64,000 nucleotides of DNA, from contig OX597833.1 in NCBI GenBank assembly GCA_951406725.2, positions 49,538,001 to 49,602,000 of the forward strand, written 5' to 3'. Positions 40,089-55,068 of this stretch are shown here, piece after piece. A program made the translations under genes and the position numbers. A model generated the notes under the pieces. The model did no database searches. It was not told the DNA's origin and saw only the letters and a list, made by a program, of their open reading frames with translations. How positions within the stretch are numbered: the first letter of the stretch is position 1; each line of letters starts with the position of its first letter. This DNA comes from Octopus vulgaris (taxonomy: Eukaryota).

Positions 40089-40502
40089 TATAATCAAAAT
40101 ATGCAACAAGGATATCCAAAGGTAGTGTAGTACAATCGTTTCATGCTACTTCATTTAATTAAACAATGTAAGTATTACATCAGTTTTAAAATGTAGAGCA
40201 CTCTTCAGCCACATATGGAATTTTTAAAATTAAATTGACAATGTAGAAGATCTTTACTACCATGTTTTTACTGATGAAATTCACATCTCTGTCTATATAC
40301 CTACCCTCATCGTAATGTTGGCAAATGGAATAAGCATAAAAATGAACATTGTCAGTTTAATTCTAAAAAATTCCATATGTCGCTGAAGAGTGCTCTACAT
40401 TTTAAAACTGATGTAATACTTACATTGTTTAATTAAATGAAGTAGCATGAAACGATTGTACTACACTACCTTTGGATATCATTGTTGCTTATTTTGATTA
40501 TA
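40089..40502. repeat. Fold-back element: about 155-bp inverted arms, each with a hammerhead-like motif
   Basis: 40089-40244 is the near-perfect reverse complement of 40346-40502. Each arm has CTGAAGA-gtgctctac...gtagcat-GAAA-c-gatt-g-TA. Confidence 0.85.
40126..40213 (-). ncRNA. Type I hammerhead-like motif, canonical C3-G8 core, long stem II loop
   Basis: tgtgg-CTGAAGA-gtgctctac-(AT-rich loop)-gtagcat-GAAA-cgattg-TA-ctaca; sister copy at 40378-40465 on plus. Confidence 0.55.
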
Positions 40503-40593
40503 TAATAATAATAATAATGATAATAATAATGATAATAATAATAATAATAACAACAACAACAACAATAATAATAATAGTTCGAAATTCCCCCAA

Positions 40594-40639
40594 GACACCT
40601 GATGAAGGATTAAGGGTATATCAGCTGAAACGTTGTGTT
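40594..40639 (+). ncRNA. Minimal hammerhead-like motif, canonical core, decayed stem II
   Basis: gacac-CTGATGA-aggattaagggtatatcagct-GAAA-cg-TT-gtgtt, adjacent to (AAT)n. Confidence 0.5.
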
Positions 40640-41052
40640 CACAACAAACAAGATGAGGACAAATATTCGTCAAATGTAAATAATGTAAAAAAGAGAAATA
40701 TTGTGTTAAATATGGCGCCTCAAAAGGCAAAGTGGTGTTTACTGAGTTGCAAGAAGTAGGCGGAGGGGGAGAGGGAGAAGGTAGAAGAGGGGGAAGAGGG
40801 GGAAGAGGATAAGGATGATTATGATGGTGAGGAGAAGCAGTGGGACGGATTGAACATAATAAAAGCTTGTGGTTGCTTACGAATGTTTTCATTTGCTTTT
40901 ATATATTAGATTTCGTGTGACGAGTCAACGATTTTCTGGGTCGGGCTGGTTGCATTTCGAGGGATGGTACACTCTCTGTAACATATTGCAAATACTGAGG
41001 CAGACTATCTTTAGAGAGAAAGATAACAAACAAGTAAGAGATATATGGAAAC

Positions 41053-41087
<35 letters not shown>

Positions 41088-41322
41088 GAGGAGGTTGAGG
41101 AGGAGGAGAGATAGATAGATAGATAAAAGAAAAGGAGTGAGGGAGACAGAGATCGAAAACTGGAACTTACTTTTGAAGGTGATGGAACTGTTACTGGCAC
41201 TACAGCTTTTATACACCACAAAAATATAAGGTTTTATATGTTAATGCACACTTACATACATACATATATACATACATACATATCACTTGTCTATATACAT
41301 TTCACTTGAAATAACTACGAAA

Positions 41323-41489
41323 TAGGCGTAGGAGTGGCTGTGTGGTAAGTAGCTTGCTTACCAACCACATGGTTCCGGGTTCAGTCCCACTGTGTGGCTC
41401 CTTGGGCAAGTGTCTTCTTCTATAGCTTCGGGTCGACCAAAGCCTTGTGAGTGGATTTAGTAGACGGAAACTGAAAGAAACCTGTCGTA

Positions 41490-41536
<47 letters not shown>

Positions 41537-41765
41537 GCGTGTGTGTGTGTGTGTGTTTGTTTGTATGTCTGTATTTGTCTCCCCCAACATCGCTCGACAA
41601 CCGATGCTGGTGTGTTTACATCCCCGTAACTTAGCGGTTCGGCAAAAAGAGACCGATACAATAACTACTAGGCTTACAAAGAAAAAGTCCTGAGATCGAT
41701 TTGCTCGACTAAAGGCGGTGCTCCAGTATGGCCACAGTCAAATGACTGAAACAAGTAAAAGAGTA
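41323..41765 (+). mobile_element. SINE family A
   Basis: Full-length match with expanded internal TA/TG tract. Confidence 0.9.
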
Positions 41766-42157
41766 AAATAGGAAATCGCGTGCTACCATCTTAAAAGAAA
41801 AAGAGACACGCAAGAGATATCCTAGATATCGTCACAAATGGTCACAACTGGAGTATTTTTTAATTATTGCTTCTAGCTGTCGACATAAAACCAATGTTTA
41901 CAAGCCAGAAATGTAACCTATATGTAGTTACTCTAATTGCAAGAATAGTAGCCGTATCTTCCTTAAATAATACTGGCTTACTGGTTTATTATCACCGAGA
42001 TTGGTGAGGAAAAAAAAAACGTCAGTGAGGTAGATTTTTTGTTTCACAATGTGCTGTTATACTCGAAGCGAACAGAGAATATGGAAGCATTTTTCGCGTG
42101 TGTACTACTGACAAAGGCTTCGTTCTCACATTGTTATGTGGAGGAAGTATTCCAAAA

Positions 42158-42392
42158 AGGCGGCGAGCTGGCAGAAACGTTAGCACGCCGGGCGAAATGC
42201 TCAGCGGTATTTCGTCTGCCGTTACGTTCTGAGTTCAAATTCCGCCGAGGTCGACTTTGCTTTTCATCCTTTCGGGGTCGATAAATTAAGTACCAGTTAC
42301 GCACTGGGGTCGATGTAATCGATTTAATCCCTTTGTCTGTCCTTGTTTGTCCCCTCTATGTTTAGCCGCTTGTGGGCAATAAAGAAATAAGG
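42158..42392 (+). mobile_element. SINE family B, full-length monomer
   Basis: aggcggcgagctggcagaaacgttagc...gtgggcaataaagaaataag; short flanking repeat ttccaaaa. Confidence 0.9.
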
Positions 42393-43821
42393 AGGGTTCC
42401 AAAACGTTAGTGGAGATATTTTTGGCAAAGTCAAACTCTATTTTGATGATATGTAGCCAGTAACGCAGCAGGTTTTAGATCTTAGGCAAGGGAAAGGCCC
42501 AAACCCTTGTCCCTTGACTCCACTACAAGAATACCTAACTCGGTGAAGTTTACTTTCAGATTGAATATCAGCAAAACGATATCTGCAAGAAGAACGTGGA
42601 GATTATGAAGGGTTTCAGCGGGTTGGTCTTCTCTAGACGAAATATTTGGTATGACATTAAGTGTGGGACCTGGGTTGTGCAATAGAGTATAAGATGTAGA
42701 GAGATGGATGTCGAGATGGTTTGTGTATCGGACAAGCTTGAATGAGAGTGTTATACAAGTTGCTAGTTCCGAGGAGCAAAGCGGCAATAGAAGAAGCAAA
42801 GTAGAACAATAAAACTAAATATTGAACTATGTATCGTAATGTGTCCTGATTGTCGTTTTACAGTTTTGATTTTCTCTCCCGATCTCACATAAATTAACAA
42901 CATAATACAATGTAACAGTCCTTCCTTCTTGAACATTCAAACCTTCACAGAATTATAGGGGCTCCATCCTGATATACGACGTACCGTGGGCATTATTAAA
43001 TTTGATAACTGCCATGTTTCTCCAGGTTTGATCAGAGAGAAAAAGTGAAAGAGCATAGAAAAGAAGAATCAATTCTAGTGGAAAACGTGTATTTTATTTA
43101 TGGACCGCAAATGATGAGAAGCAAATTTATACGAGAAGGGATCCCGAATTCTGAGCGCACGGAGCTGGAACGAATACCAACAGACGCTGTGTCAGACTCT
43201 GTAGTGTTTCTGTTACTACGCCACCTTAATATAACAAATGGATTATGTTTAATATACTTCTCTCCATATCACAACATGCGTATTTTTCCTTTCATACTGA
43301 CTCTAAAACCTGATCAAATTCGTTGCCAATCAATTAATACATATTCTCTTCTCTCTCTGTCTCTCTATTGCTATTTCTATGCGTGTCTAGGTGTAAGAGA
43401 AGGAAGAATAAACCTCTTTACAATAATAGTTCCAGCGATTAGCCGCCAGTATTTCGTTCGTGAAATGTGTCTTTTTGAAGATGGCCGGCATAAAGCGTGC
43501 TGTGCAGTCGTTCAGTAAGTATATCGACTAGTAAACTGTTGGGTGTAAGCTATGAATGACTAATGAGCTGCCGGCATCTACGGACATAGCGTGACAGATA
43601 TGTGGAATAATATAGACAGTGTAATCGGATACGTTGTAAATATAGCCTCCACCATCTTGATCTGTCGATGGCTCACTGATTACTTTCTATGGATGGACCG
43701 ATTGATCTCTTTCCTTTTCTCTTTCATCTATGTATTTGTATATTATAGTGTGTGTATGTGTGTGAAATTGTGTATGTATGTATGTGCTATATATTGTAGA
43801 TATCTCATCATCTGTGTGTAT

Positions 43822-43852
<31 letters not shown>

Positions 43853-43879
43853 CATATATATATAGCAATAATAAATCTC

Positions 43880-43961
<82 letters not shown>

Positions 43962-44807
43962 TAACTACGAATATCTCTAACAGGCATTTGAGCCGTAAAG
44001 TGATATTAGTCAATTTATATTAATAATAACTTAGGTACAACAAAATTAAAGAAAGAAATATTAAGACTTTCGAAGAAAATTTGAAATAAATAGCCAATGT
44101 CTTGAGACTTTCTTTTCAAGCTCTAAGTTTATCTGAGGGGTTTGAAAAATGTTATTTAACGCACGTTTTATTATGAATAGTTCCGATTCCTATAGAAAAG
44201 TACACAGTCATGTCAAAATAGTGCAGTTAAACCCACTGGCTGAAGTAATTCTTTTGGTCTTTAGAAATTGTGAAAGAAGACATATACGTCTTCCAGCTTC
44301 TATTCACGAACAAGATTGTCTATAATTCTTCGGCGGGCTGTAATACTGTCTGCAGTACCATAACAGATAAGTTTGTGCTGAAGTAATTAACCGTCCGGTT
44401 CTACGAGAAAATATATGATGCCGTGTCAAAATGCTACATTAAATGCCAGTGGTAAGAATAATTCTTTTATTCTTTAGGAGTTGTACTGACTTGAGATATG
44501 AAACATTTACAATAGCAGGTAGATAGGAAAACAGAAAAAAAGACCACGGTCACGTACATCATTAAATTTAGCAGCAGCTGATTGACGTGTGTGAGTTAGT
44601 TTTATCCCGTAGTTTTATAAACCACGAAGAAATAAAGAAACAAAACAGTAAGTCATGTCAAAGATCAAACTCGAATTAATTTCGTCCATGATGTTTAATA
44701 CTTACTAATACAATCTATCATAAGGTAAGGTAAAAATATAAAGAAAAACTAGAATTTTCTGCAGCACAATGCTTATTATGGTGTGAAAAAATAAAAAAAC
44801 AACTGAG

Positions 44808-44973
44808 AGGCTTAGGAGTGCTTGTGTGGTAAGTAGGTTGCTTACGAACCACATGGTTCCGGGTTCAGTCCCACTGCGTGGCTCCTTGGGCAAGTGTCTT
44901 CTACTATAGCCCCGGGCCGACCAAAGCCTTGTGAGTGGATCTGGTAGATGGAAACTGAAAGAAGCCCGTCGTA

Positions 44974-45029
<56 letters not shown>

Positions 45030-45048
45030 TATATATATATACATACAC

Positions 45049-45121
<73 letters not shown>

Positions 45122-45332
45122 AATATATATGTATGTATTTATGTGTGTGTATATGTTTGTGTGTCTGTGTTTGTCCACCCAACATCGCTTGACAACCGAT
45201 GCTGGTGTGTTTACGTCCCCGTAACTTAGCGGTTCGGCAAAAAGCGACCAATAGAATAAGTACTAGGCTTACAAAGATTAAGTCCTGGGGTCGACTTGCA
45301 CAAGATGGCTGCAGTCAAATGAGTAAAAGAGT
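44808..45332 (+). mobile_element. SINE family A
   Basis: Match with about 190-bp internal TA/CA expansion and a small deletion in the tail. Confidence 0.9.
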
Positions 45333-45644
45333 ATAATACGAGTACGATACGCGGTTAATCAATTCTGCTTCTAATAACATCTCCTCTGAATCACGTGCTG
45401 CCATTTTAAACGAAAAAGAGACACACAATAGATTATGATGTCCTAGATATCCTAAAAGACGGGTTGGTCAGTTCTGGAGTATTTTAAAAATTATTGCTTC
45501 TAGATACCTTAGGCCTAGTTTCGACATAAAAACTGTTTCTAAGCAAGAAATGTAAACTATACGTAGTTACTCGACATACAAGAATAGCCGCCGCGTCTTC
45601 CTTAAATATTATCATACTACTTTTAAAAAAGGAAGGAAGCATTA

Positions 45645-46065
45645 TTCTTTTATTTGTTTCAGTCATTTGACTGCGGCCATGCTGGAGCACCGCCTTTAGT
45701 CGAACAAATCGACCCCAGGACTTATTGTTTGTAAGCCTAGTACTTATTCTATCGATGTCTTTTTGCCGAACCGGTCAGTTATGGGGACGTAAACACACTA
45801 ACACTGGTTGTCAAGTGATGGTAGGGGAACAAACACAGACACACAAACTCATACACACGCACACACACACGCACACACACGCACACACACACACACATAT
45901 ATATATATATACGACGGGCTTCTTTCAGTTTCCTTCTACCAAATCCACTCACTAGGCTTTGGTCAACCTGAGGCTATAGTAGAAGACATCTACCCAAGGT
46001 GCCACGCAGTGGGATTGAACCCGGAACCATGCGGTTGGGAAGCAAGCTACTTACCACACAACCAC
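45645..46065 (-). mobile_element. SINE family A
   Basis: Near full-length match. Confidence 0.88.
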
Positions 46066-46411
46066 GATGATATAAATCTCATAATTTCATCCTATTATAA
46101 AAATCAATAAAAATGGTTGATTCTCTATGAGATTTAACAAATTCAGCTGCCGCTATAAACAAAAATTAAATCTTCACCACTTGTAGTTGTTTGAGTAGAA
46201 CTTTTAATGGATTAACCTACTTTAAACTAGATGATTTCTCCCTTAATTTATTCTTCTTCTTGCGATTTAATCCATTAACAGTCATAATCATCCGATACCG
46301 AATTTAATCCGTTAGAAAAGAAAAGGATTCTCATGGGATATATCGAGATAAGTGATCCATCCAGCGAGCACAAGTAGAATTTTTTAACAGTAATAGTATG
46401 TGTTGATTACT

Positions 46412-46630
46412 CTTACTCTCTTTTACTCTTTTACTTGTTTCAGTCATTTGACTGCGGCCATGCTGGAGCACTGCCTTTAGTCGAGCAAATCGACCCCGGG
46501 ACTTATTCTTTGTAAAGCCCAGTACTTATTCTATCGGTGTCTTTTGCCGAACCGCTAAGTGACGGGGACATAAACACACCAGCATCGGTTGTCAAGCAAT
46601 GCTAGGGGGACAAACACAAACACACAATAT

Positions 46631-46677
<47 letters not shown>

Positions 46678-46843
46678 TCCGACAGGCTTCTTTTAGTTTC
46701 CGTCAACCAAATCCACTCACAAGGCATTGGTCGGCCCGAGGCTATAGCAGAAGACACTTGCCCAAGATGCCACGCAGTGGGACTGAACCCGGAACCATGT
46801 GGTTGGTAAGCAAGCTACTTACCACACAGCCACTCCTGCGTCT
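46412..46843 (-). mobile_element. SINE family A
   Basis: Full-length match. Confidence 0.9.
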
Positions 46844-47302
46844 AATTGCTGATTGCTTCGAAATTCTTAATAAATTTACCTGCATTGAAAGCTACCCGAT
46901 AACCAACTAGGATTAGTTAAAAAAAAATTTCCTTTCAAAGTATTTACTACTGTCGATTTACATAACGCAAAGAATCTTACTGTGCTGTAATCCGACGACA
47001 AGGGGTTACTATATTCGAAGCCCACGGTCAATCATTTCAACTCAAACGTCTTTGTGCGGTTATTACAAATTTCGTTATATGTGCCTCGCAGCACATCCAG
47101 GAGGTGAAAGCAGGAGGTGAAGCAACCGGCACAAACACTCGCTCGGCTAGTGTTCACTTTCAACTGGCCCAACGTGAAGTGTAGTGCCTTGCTGAAAAAT
47201 TCAACGCACAGACGGGAGCAGGTATTGAATCCATCGCATTAGGATAGGGAACAGATAAACTAATTATTAAACCTTCATGCATATATATCATATATACTTA
47301 TT

Positions 47303-47383
<81 letters not shown>

Positions 47384-47384
47384 A

Positions 47385-47535
47385 AAATTAAAAAAGGAAA
47401 ATACGCACACTTACATGGTTATAATATATTCATATAAATTAAACATTATATCATGAATAGCGATTGCGAAACCGGTCGATACATTAAAAATTATATTATA
47501 ACCATGTAAGTGTGCGTATTTTTCTTTTTTAATTT
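47385..47535. repeat. Small fold-back with hammerhead-like motif in the loop, inside (TA)n
   Basis: aaaatacgcacacttacatggttataatata (to 47428) pairs with tatattataaccatgtaagtgtgcgtatttt (from 47492). Confidence 0.85.
47449..47481 (+). ncRNA. Minimal type I hammerhead-like motif, A3-U8 core variant
   Basis: tatc-ATGAATA-gc-gatt-gc-GAAA-ccgg-TC-gata: all three stems pair, GUC cleavage triplet. Confidence 0.62.
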
Positions 47536-47592
47536 CTTATATACATTACAATCCACCACGTGGGGAGAACCGAAATTCCTCTTTTCTATTAC

Positions 47593-47636
<44 letters not shown>

Positions 47637-47749
47637 ATAATAATAAAGGGTAAAATTAATTAATTAATTCACTAATAGTTAATAATTTTACCAAGTAGTT
47701 CAGTATGTTAAAAGAACCATTATCGGTAAATTTATACAAACATTCTATA

Positions 47750-48460
47750 ATTATGAGCATAATTATAATTAGGGTTCAGCAAAATTTGCTTCACCTCATA
47801 CCGAAATTTAGAAATAGCAGTTAAAAACTACTATTCTACTACTATAAGATATCTCCCAGACAGCAATACTCTACAACTCATGTATGTAAGGAGAAAAAAA
47901 TAACGAATCTACCCGGGTCTGATTAACTTTATACGCGTTTCGGTGTTAGAGAAATGTGAAAAATGTAATCGCTATTTTTTTCTCTTTACCTGCTTGAGTT
48001 GTTGAGTATTGCTGTCTGGAGTGAGGGCGCGTGGCTTAGTGGTTAGGGCATTCGGCTCATGATCGTAAGGTTGTGAGTTCGATTCTCGGCGACGCGTTGT
48101 GTCCTTGAGCAAGACACTTTATTTCACGTTGCTCCAGTCCACTCAGCTGGCAAAAATGAGTTGTACTTGTACTTCAAAGGGTCAGCCTTGTCACTCTCTG
48201 TGTCACGCTGATTATCCCCGAGAACTACGTTAAGGGTACACGTGTCTGTGGAATGCTCAGCCATTTGCACGTTAATTTCACGAGCAAGCTGTTCCGTTGA
48301 TCGTATCAGCTGGGACCCTCGTCGTCGTAACCGGCGGAGTCTTTTAAATTGCTGTCTGGAAGATATCTTATGGTAGTAAAATAGTAGTTTAACTGCTATT
48401 TCTAAATTTCGGTATGTGGTGAATCAAATTTGCTGAACCCTAATTATAATTATTCTCATA
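47750..48460. repeat. Fold-back element, right arm split by SINE D
   Basis: 47752-47910 pairs with 47965-48020 plus 48361-48460. Confidence 0.8.
48021..48347 (+). mobile_element. tRNA-derived SINE, family D, with 13-bp TSD
   Basis: Head gggcgcgtggcttagtggttagg..gagttcgattc; 3' half shared with family C; TSD attgctgtctgga at 48008-48020 and 48348-48360. Confidence 0.9.
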
Positions 48461-48659
48461 CGCCGGGCAAAATGCTTACCGGTGTTTCGTCTGTCGTTAC
48501 GTTCTGAGTTCAAATTCTGCCGAGGTCGACTTTGCCTTTCATCCTTTCGGGGGCGATAAATAATGCACCAGTTTCGCACTGGGGTCGATGTAATCGACTT
48601 AATCCCTTTGTCTGTCCTTGTTTGTCCCCTCTATGTTTAGCCCCGTGTGGGCAGTAAAG

Positions 48660-48664
<5 letters not shown>
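48461..48664 (+). mobile_element. SINE family B, 5'-truncated
   Basis: Matches 42185-42390. Confidence 0.85.
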
Positions 48665-48730
<66 letters not shown>

Positions 48731-48732
48731 TA

Positions 48733-49030
48733 GCACTCTATCGGTTATGACGACGAGGGTCCCAGCTGATATGATCAACAGAACCGCTTGCACGTGAAAT
48801 TAATGTGCAAGTGGCTGAGCACTCTACAGACACGTGTACACTTAACGTTGTTCTCAGGGAGTTTCAGCGTGACACAGAGTGTGACAAGGCTGGCCCTTTT
48901 GAAATACAGGTACTACCCATTTTTTGCCTGCTGAGTGAACTGGAACAACGTGAAATAAAGTGTCTTGCTCAAGGACACAACGCACCGCCAGCCATCGAAC
49001 TCACGACCTTAGGCTTTACCATTAAGCCAA
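48733..49030 (-). mobile_element. SINE family D
   Basis: Reverse-complement homologue of 48021-48347. Confidence 0.82.
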
Positions 49031-49564
49031 GCAACTTCACTATAGTTGAAATTTGACGTATATATGACGAATGCAGAGTTCATCCGTACACTCGCATAAT
49101 ACGCGTAGATGAAGAGATCGAATTAGCTAACAAATCCAGAGCTTCAGTAAAAGATCAATACTGTTATACTTGCGTTAACTAACTCACAAAAATAAATAGA
49201 TATTAAAAGAATGATATAAAAAAAATATCATTCTTGTAATATTTCTTTCTTCTTGATAAACTGCAACCTTTCAAAGAGGGGAGAAAAAAAACATACGAAA
49301 TTCTCACACTGGTGCCATTTGCAAAATCTCTAAAATTCCTTGCTAAATCTCGAGCAAATATAGTATTTCTCGATGCGGTGTGTTTTTTAGGATTATTTCA
49401 TGTCACAATTTTCAGTGATGTATATTTTTTATATTACATGCAATTCAGTGCATTTATTTACCATTTTGCTGGCATTCCGTAAATGGATTTGAAGCAAGCT
49501 TGAAAAAAAAAAATACAGTGGGAAGAAAATACCGAAGAACATTACAAGGACGCACCGCGCTTGC

Positions 49565-51895
<2,331 letters not shown>

Positions 51896-52385
51896 ACAAA
51901 GGAACAGTTGGAAGGAATTTACTGGTTAAATAAACAAAAAAGAACAGCAGATTGAATAAAGGAGATAAAGTGTCGAATGTGTCGTATTACTAACACACTT
52001 TGTGGATTTCAGGGAGCAGTGGTAGTAGTAGCAGCAGTGATGTTCTTCCTGTTGAGCATAGTTTTTTTGTTATTGATTCCTAGCTTTAGATCATCCCTGA
52101 TTGTGCTGTCCTAATTTACGCAGATAGTTACCGGAAGGAGGACGAGGAGTTACCACATATTCATATTCCCAGTTATACTATGTTTCCTTTTTTGGATTTA
52201 GCTTGCAAGATTTTTTATATGAGTTCGTGTGTTGAAGTATATTCTGTTGTGTCTGGGGAGAGTCATTTTTTGTAACGAAAATTTTTAGGGAAATTAAAAT
52301 AAGAAAAAAGTGGAAATTTTACCGGTGAGTGTGTTATATTATAAGGCACAAAATTGAAAATGACTCTCCCCAGACACAACAGACT

Positions 52386-52768
52386 TAGAAGCACTCCGTC
52401 GGTTACGACGACGAGGGTTCCGGTTGATCCGAATCAACGGAACAGCTTGCTCGTGAAATTAACGTGTAAGTGGCTGAGCACTCCACAGACACGTGTACCC
52501 TTAACGTAGTTCTCGGGGATATTCAGCGTGACACAGAGAGTGACAAGGCCGGCCCTTTGAAATACAGGTACAACAGAAAAAGGAAGTAAGAGTGAGAGAA
52601 AGTTGTGGTGAAAGAGTACAACAGGGATCACCACCATCCCCTGCCGGAGCCTCGTGGAGCTTTAGGTGTTTTCGCTCAATAAACACTCACAACGCCCGGT
52701 CTGGGAATCGAAACCGCGATCCTACGACCGCGAGTCCGCTGCCCTAACCACTGGGCCATTGCGCCTCC
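52386..52768 (-). mobile_element. SINE family C with TSD
   Basis: TSD acacaacagact at 52374-52385 and 52769-52780. Confidence 0.92.
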
Positions 52769-53489
52769 ACACAACAGACTATGTTTCCTGTTTAACTAAA
52801 AAAAATAAATAAAATACTGTACACTTCAGTACACAGTCTTAAAATGGATTGGGATTCAAAGGCAGGACTCAGGACTTATTTAAGTAACTTGACCGTTTAT
52901 TCTTTTTCTGCAGGTCAGTAGATTCTGGTGATGGCCAAAGCAGAGGCTGTCGAATAACGATAGTTGTTCTTCATTTTCACTTGTTGTTGGAGAATGTTAT
53001 GGTTTGTGGAGCTATTTATGTTGCAGCTACATCTGTGTGTCTGTAGTCTTTACAATAATTGTCTTGGGTGTGTGAAAGATGTGTTTTTATGATGTGTATT
53101 AGTGGTCTGTTGCTATGTACATAAAGGCGCGCATACATGCATGCCTACTTATAGATAGACCACAGACACACATATGAATGCATGTATGTATGTATATATA
53201 TATACAATGGGACAAGAACCTAAAACATCCAGATAGACGATACAAAAAACACGGACGGGTCATTCAAAGCCTTTAATCTTCAGTCAAGAACCGGATCATC
53301 CTCGCAATTTCGGCTGATTAATCTTGAGATTGCTCCGATCCGGCCAGCCCCAAGAAAAAACTAAGCTAAGAGCATTAGATTCTTTGGAAAAAAGCATCGA
53401 ATGTATACGAAACAAGGACGGAAAAACAGACGATGTTACACAAATATAAATACAAAAATAATACAAAAAACAATAATAATAATAATTTC

Positions 53490-53865
53490 TGAAGCACTCC
53501 GTCGGTTACGACGACGAGGGTTCCGGTTGATCCGATCAACGGAAGCAAGCTGAAATTAACGTGTAAGTGGCTGAGCACTCCACAGACACGTGTACCCTTA
53601 ACGTAGTTCTCGGGAGATATTCAGCGTGACACAGAGAGTGACAAGGCCGGCCCTTTGAAATACAGGTACAACAGAAACAGGAAGTAAGAGTGAGAGAAAG
53701 TTGTGGTGAAAGAGTACAGCAGGGATCACCACCATCCCTGCCGGAGCCTCGTGGAGCTTTAGGTGTTTTTGCTCAATAAACACTCACAAGCCCGGTCTGG
53801 GAATCGAAACCGCGATCCTACGACCGCGAGTCCGCTGCCCTAACCACTGGGTCATTGCGCCTCCA
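53490..53865 (-). mobile_element. SINE family C in (AAT)n
   Basis: Near full-length; caataataataata on both sides. Confidence 0.9.
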
Positions 53866-54224
53866 CAATAATAATAATAATAATAATAACAGGACGTAAC
53901 AACAGTCGTCTTTCGACTGGGGACGAATTGAATTCAGCTGGTGTGTTGGGAATTAAGCCTTATGGCAGAGGAAAAATATCGATGTGACAGTGACCATATA
54001 TATATATATATCGTGATTTCTCAGGTAGGAACGTCCCGATTTTGAAATAGAACATATTATGTGCTCAGAGCCCAAGGATTGCTTGTAGACACAAAGCTTG
54101 TTATAAAATTTGCTGAGATACGTGTTCCCACAGCAAGAAACTTGTAGTAGCTCGTATCTTTATACTCTGTTCGCCAATTCACATATATATATATACATAT
54201 ATGTACACATATTTATATGTGTAC

Positions 54225-54317
<93 letters not shown>

Positions 54318-54334
54318 AGTCTATCTATCTGTGT

Positions 54335-54372
<38 letters not shown>

Positions 54373-55015
54373 ATGTGTTTATGTGTGTGTGCGTGCGTAT
54401 AACGAAAAAATGTGTTTTCTTTTTATGAATGAACACATAAATAGAGTTAGAATATTTCAAGAATGGTAACTAACAAAAAATTGAATATAACTTAAATGCT
54501 ACAGTGATGTTAAGTATTTTATTGACGTCTCATCTCAATAACTCTATTCATTCATTTCTATCACTGAATAAACACAGAATTTTATGTCGAAATAGAAGCA
54601 ATAAAAATAAGAGATTTACATAGGACCTATTTATACAGAATCTAACAAGTCCCTTGTATCTACTAATGTATATTTCGGTCAATGGTAGTAATAATAAAAT
54701 GTTGATGGTATCAATGTTTTCTGCAATTCTGTGTTTTTGCTATTTACTCGTAAGAATAACTGTTGTCAGTGTTACATTTCTGTATTTCAGAAATATGATG
54801 CTGCCCACAATATTAGTTGATGTCGATGATTACAATGGCAAATAAAACTTAAATTTCTGAGAGGTGTACGTACGATGCGTTTGTAAAAAAACGTTTAAGC
54901 AAGTATCGGCACGCACACAGACACACACAGAAACACACACATATACAAACATACATATAGCCATACAAACACTCACATATACATGCACAGACAGAGAGAC
55001 AGACATACACACACA

Positions 55016-55066
<51 letters not shown>

Positions 55067-55068
<2 letters not shown>

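Noticed and set aside
40910-41033. Possible exon (tag acceptor, gtaaga donor, one open frame)
   Set aside because: Peptide FRVTSQRFSGSGWLHFEGWYTLCNILQ is not recognisable and has no partner exons.
42482-43518. Non-repetitive ORFs of 105 and 157 aa
   Set aside because: Non-ATG starts, no domains, lengths compatible with chance.
53205-53460. GAAA...CTGAAGA on the minus strand as a type II hammerhead
   Set aside because: Stems I and III could not be assembled consistently around the core.
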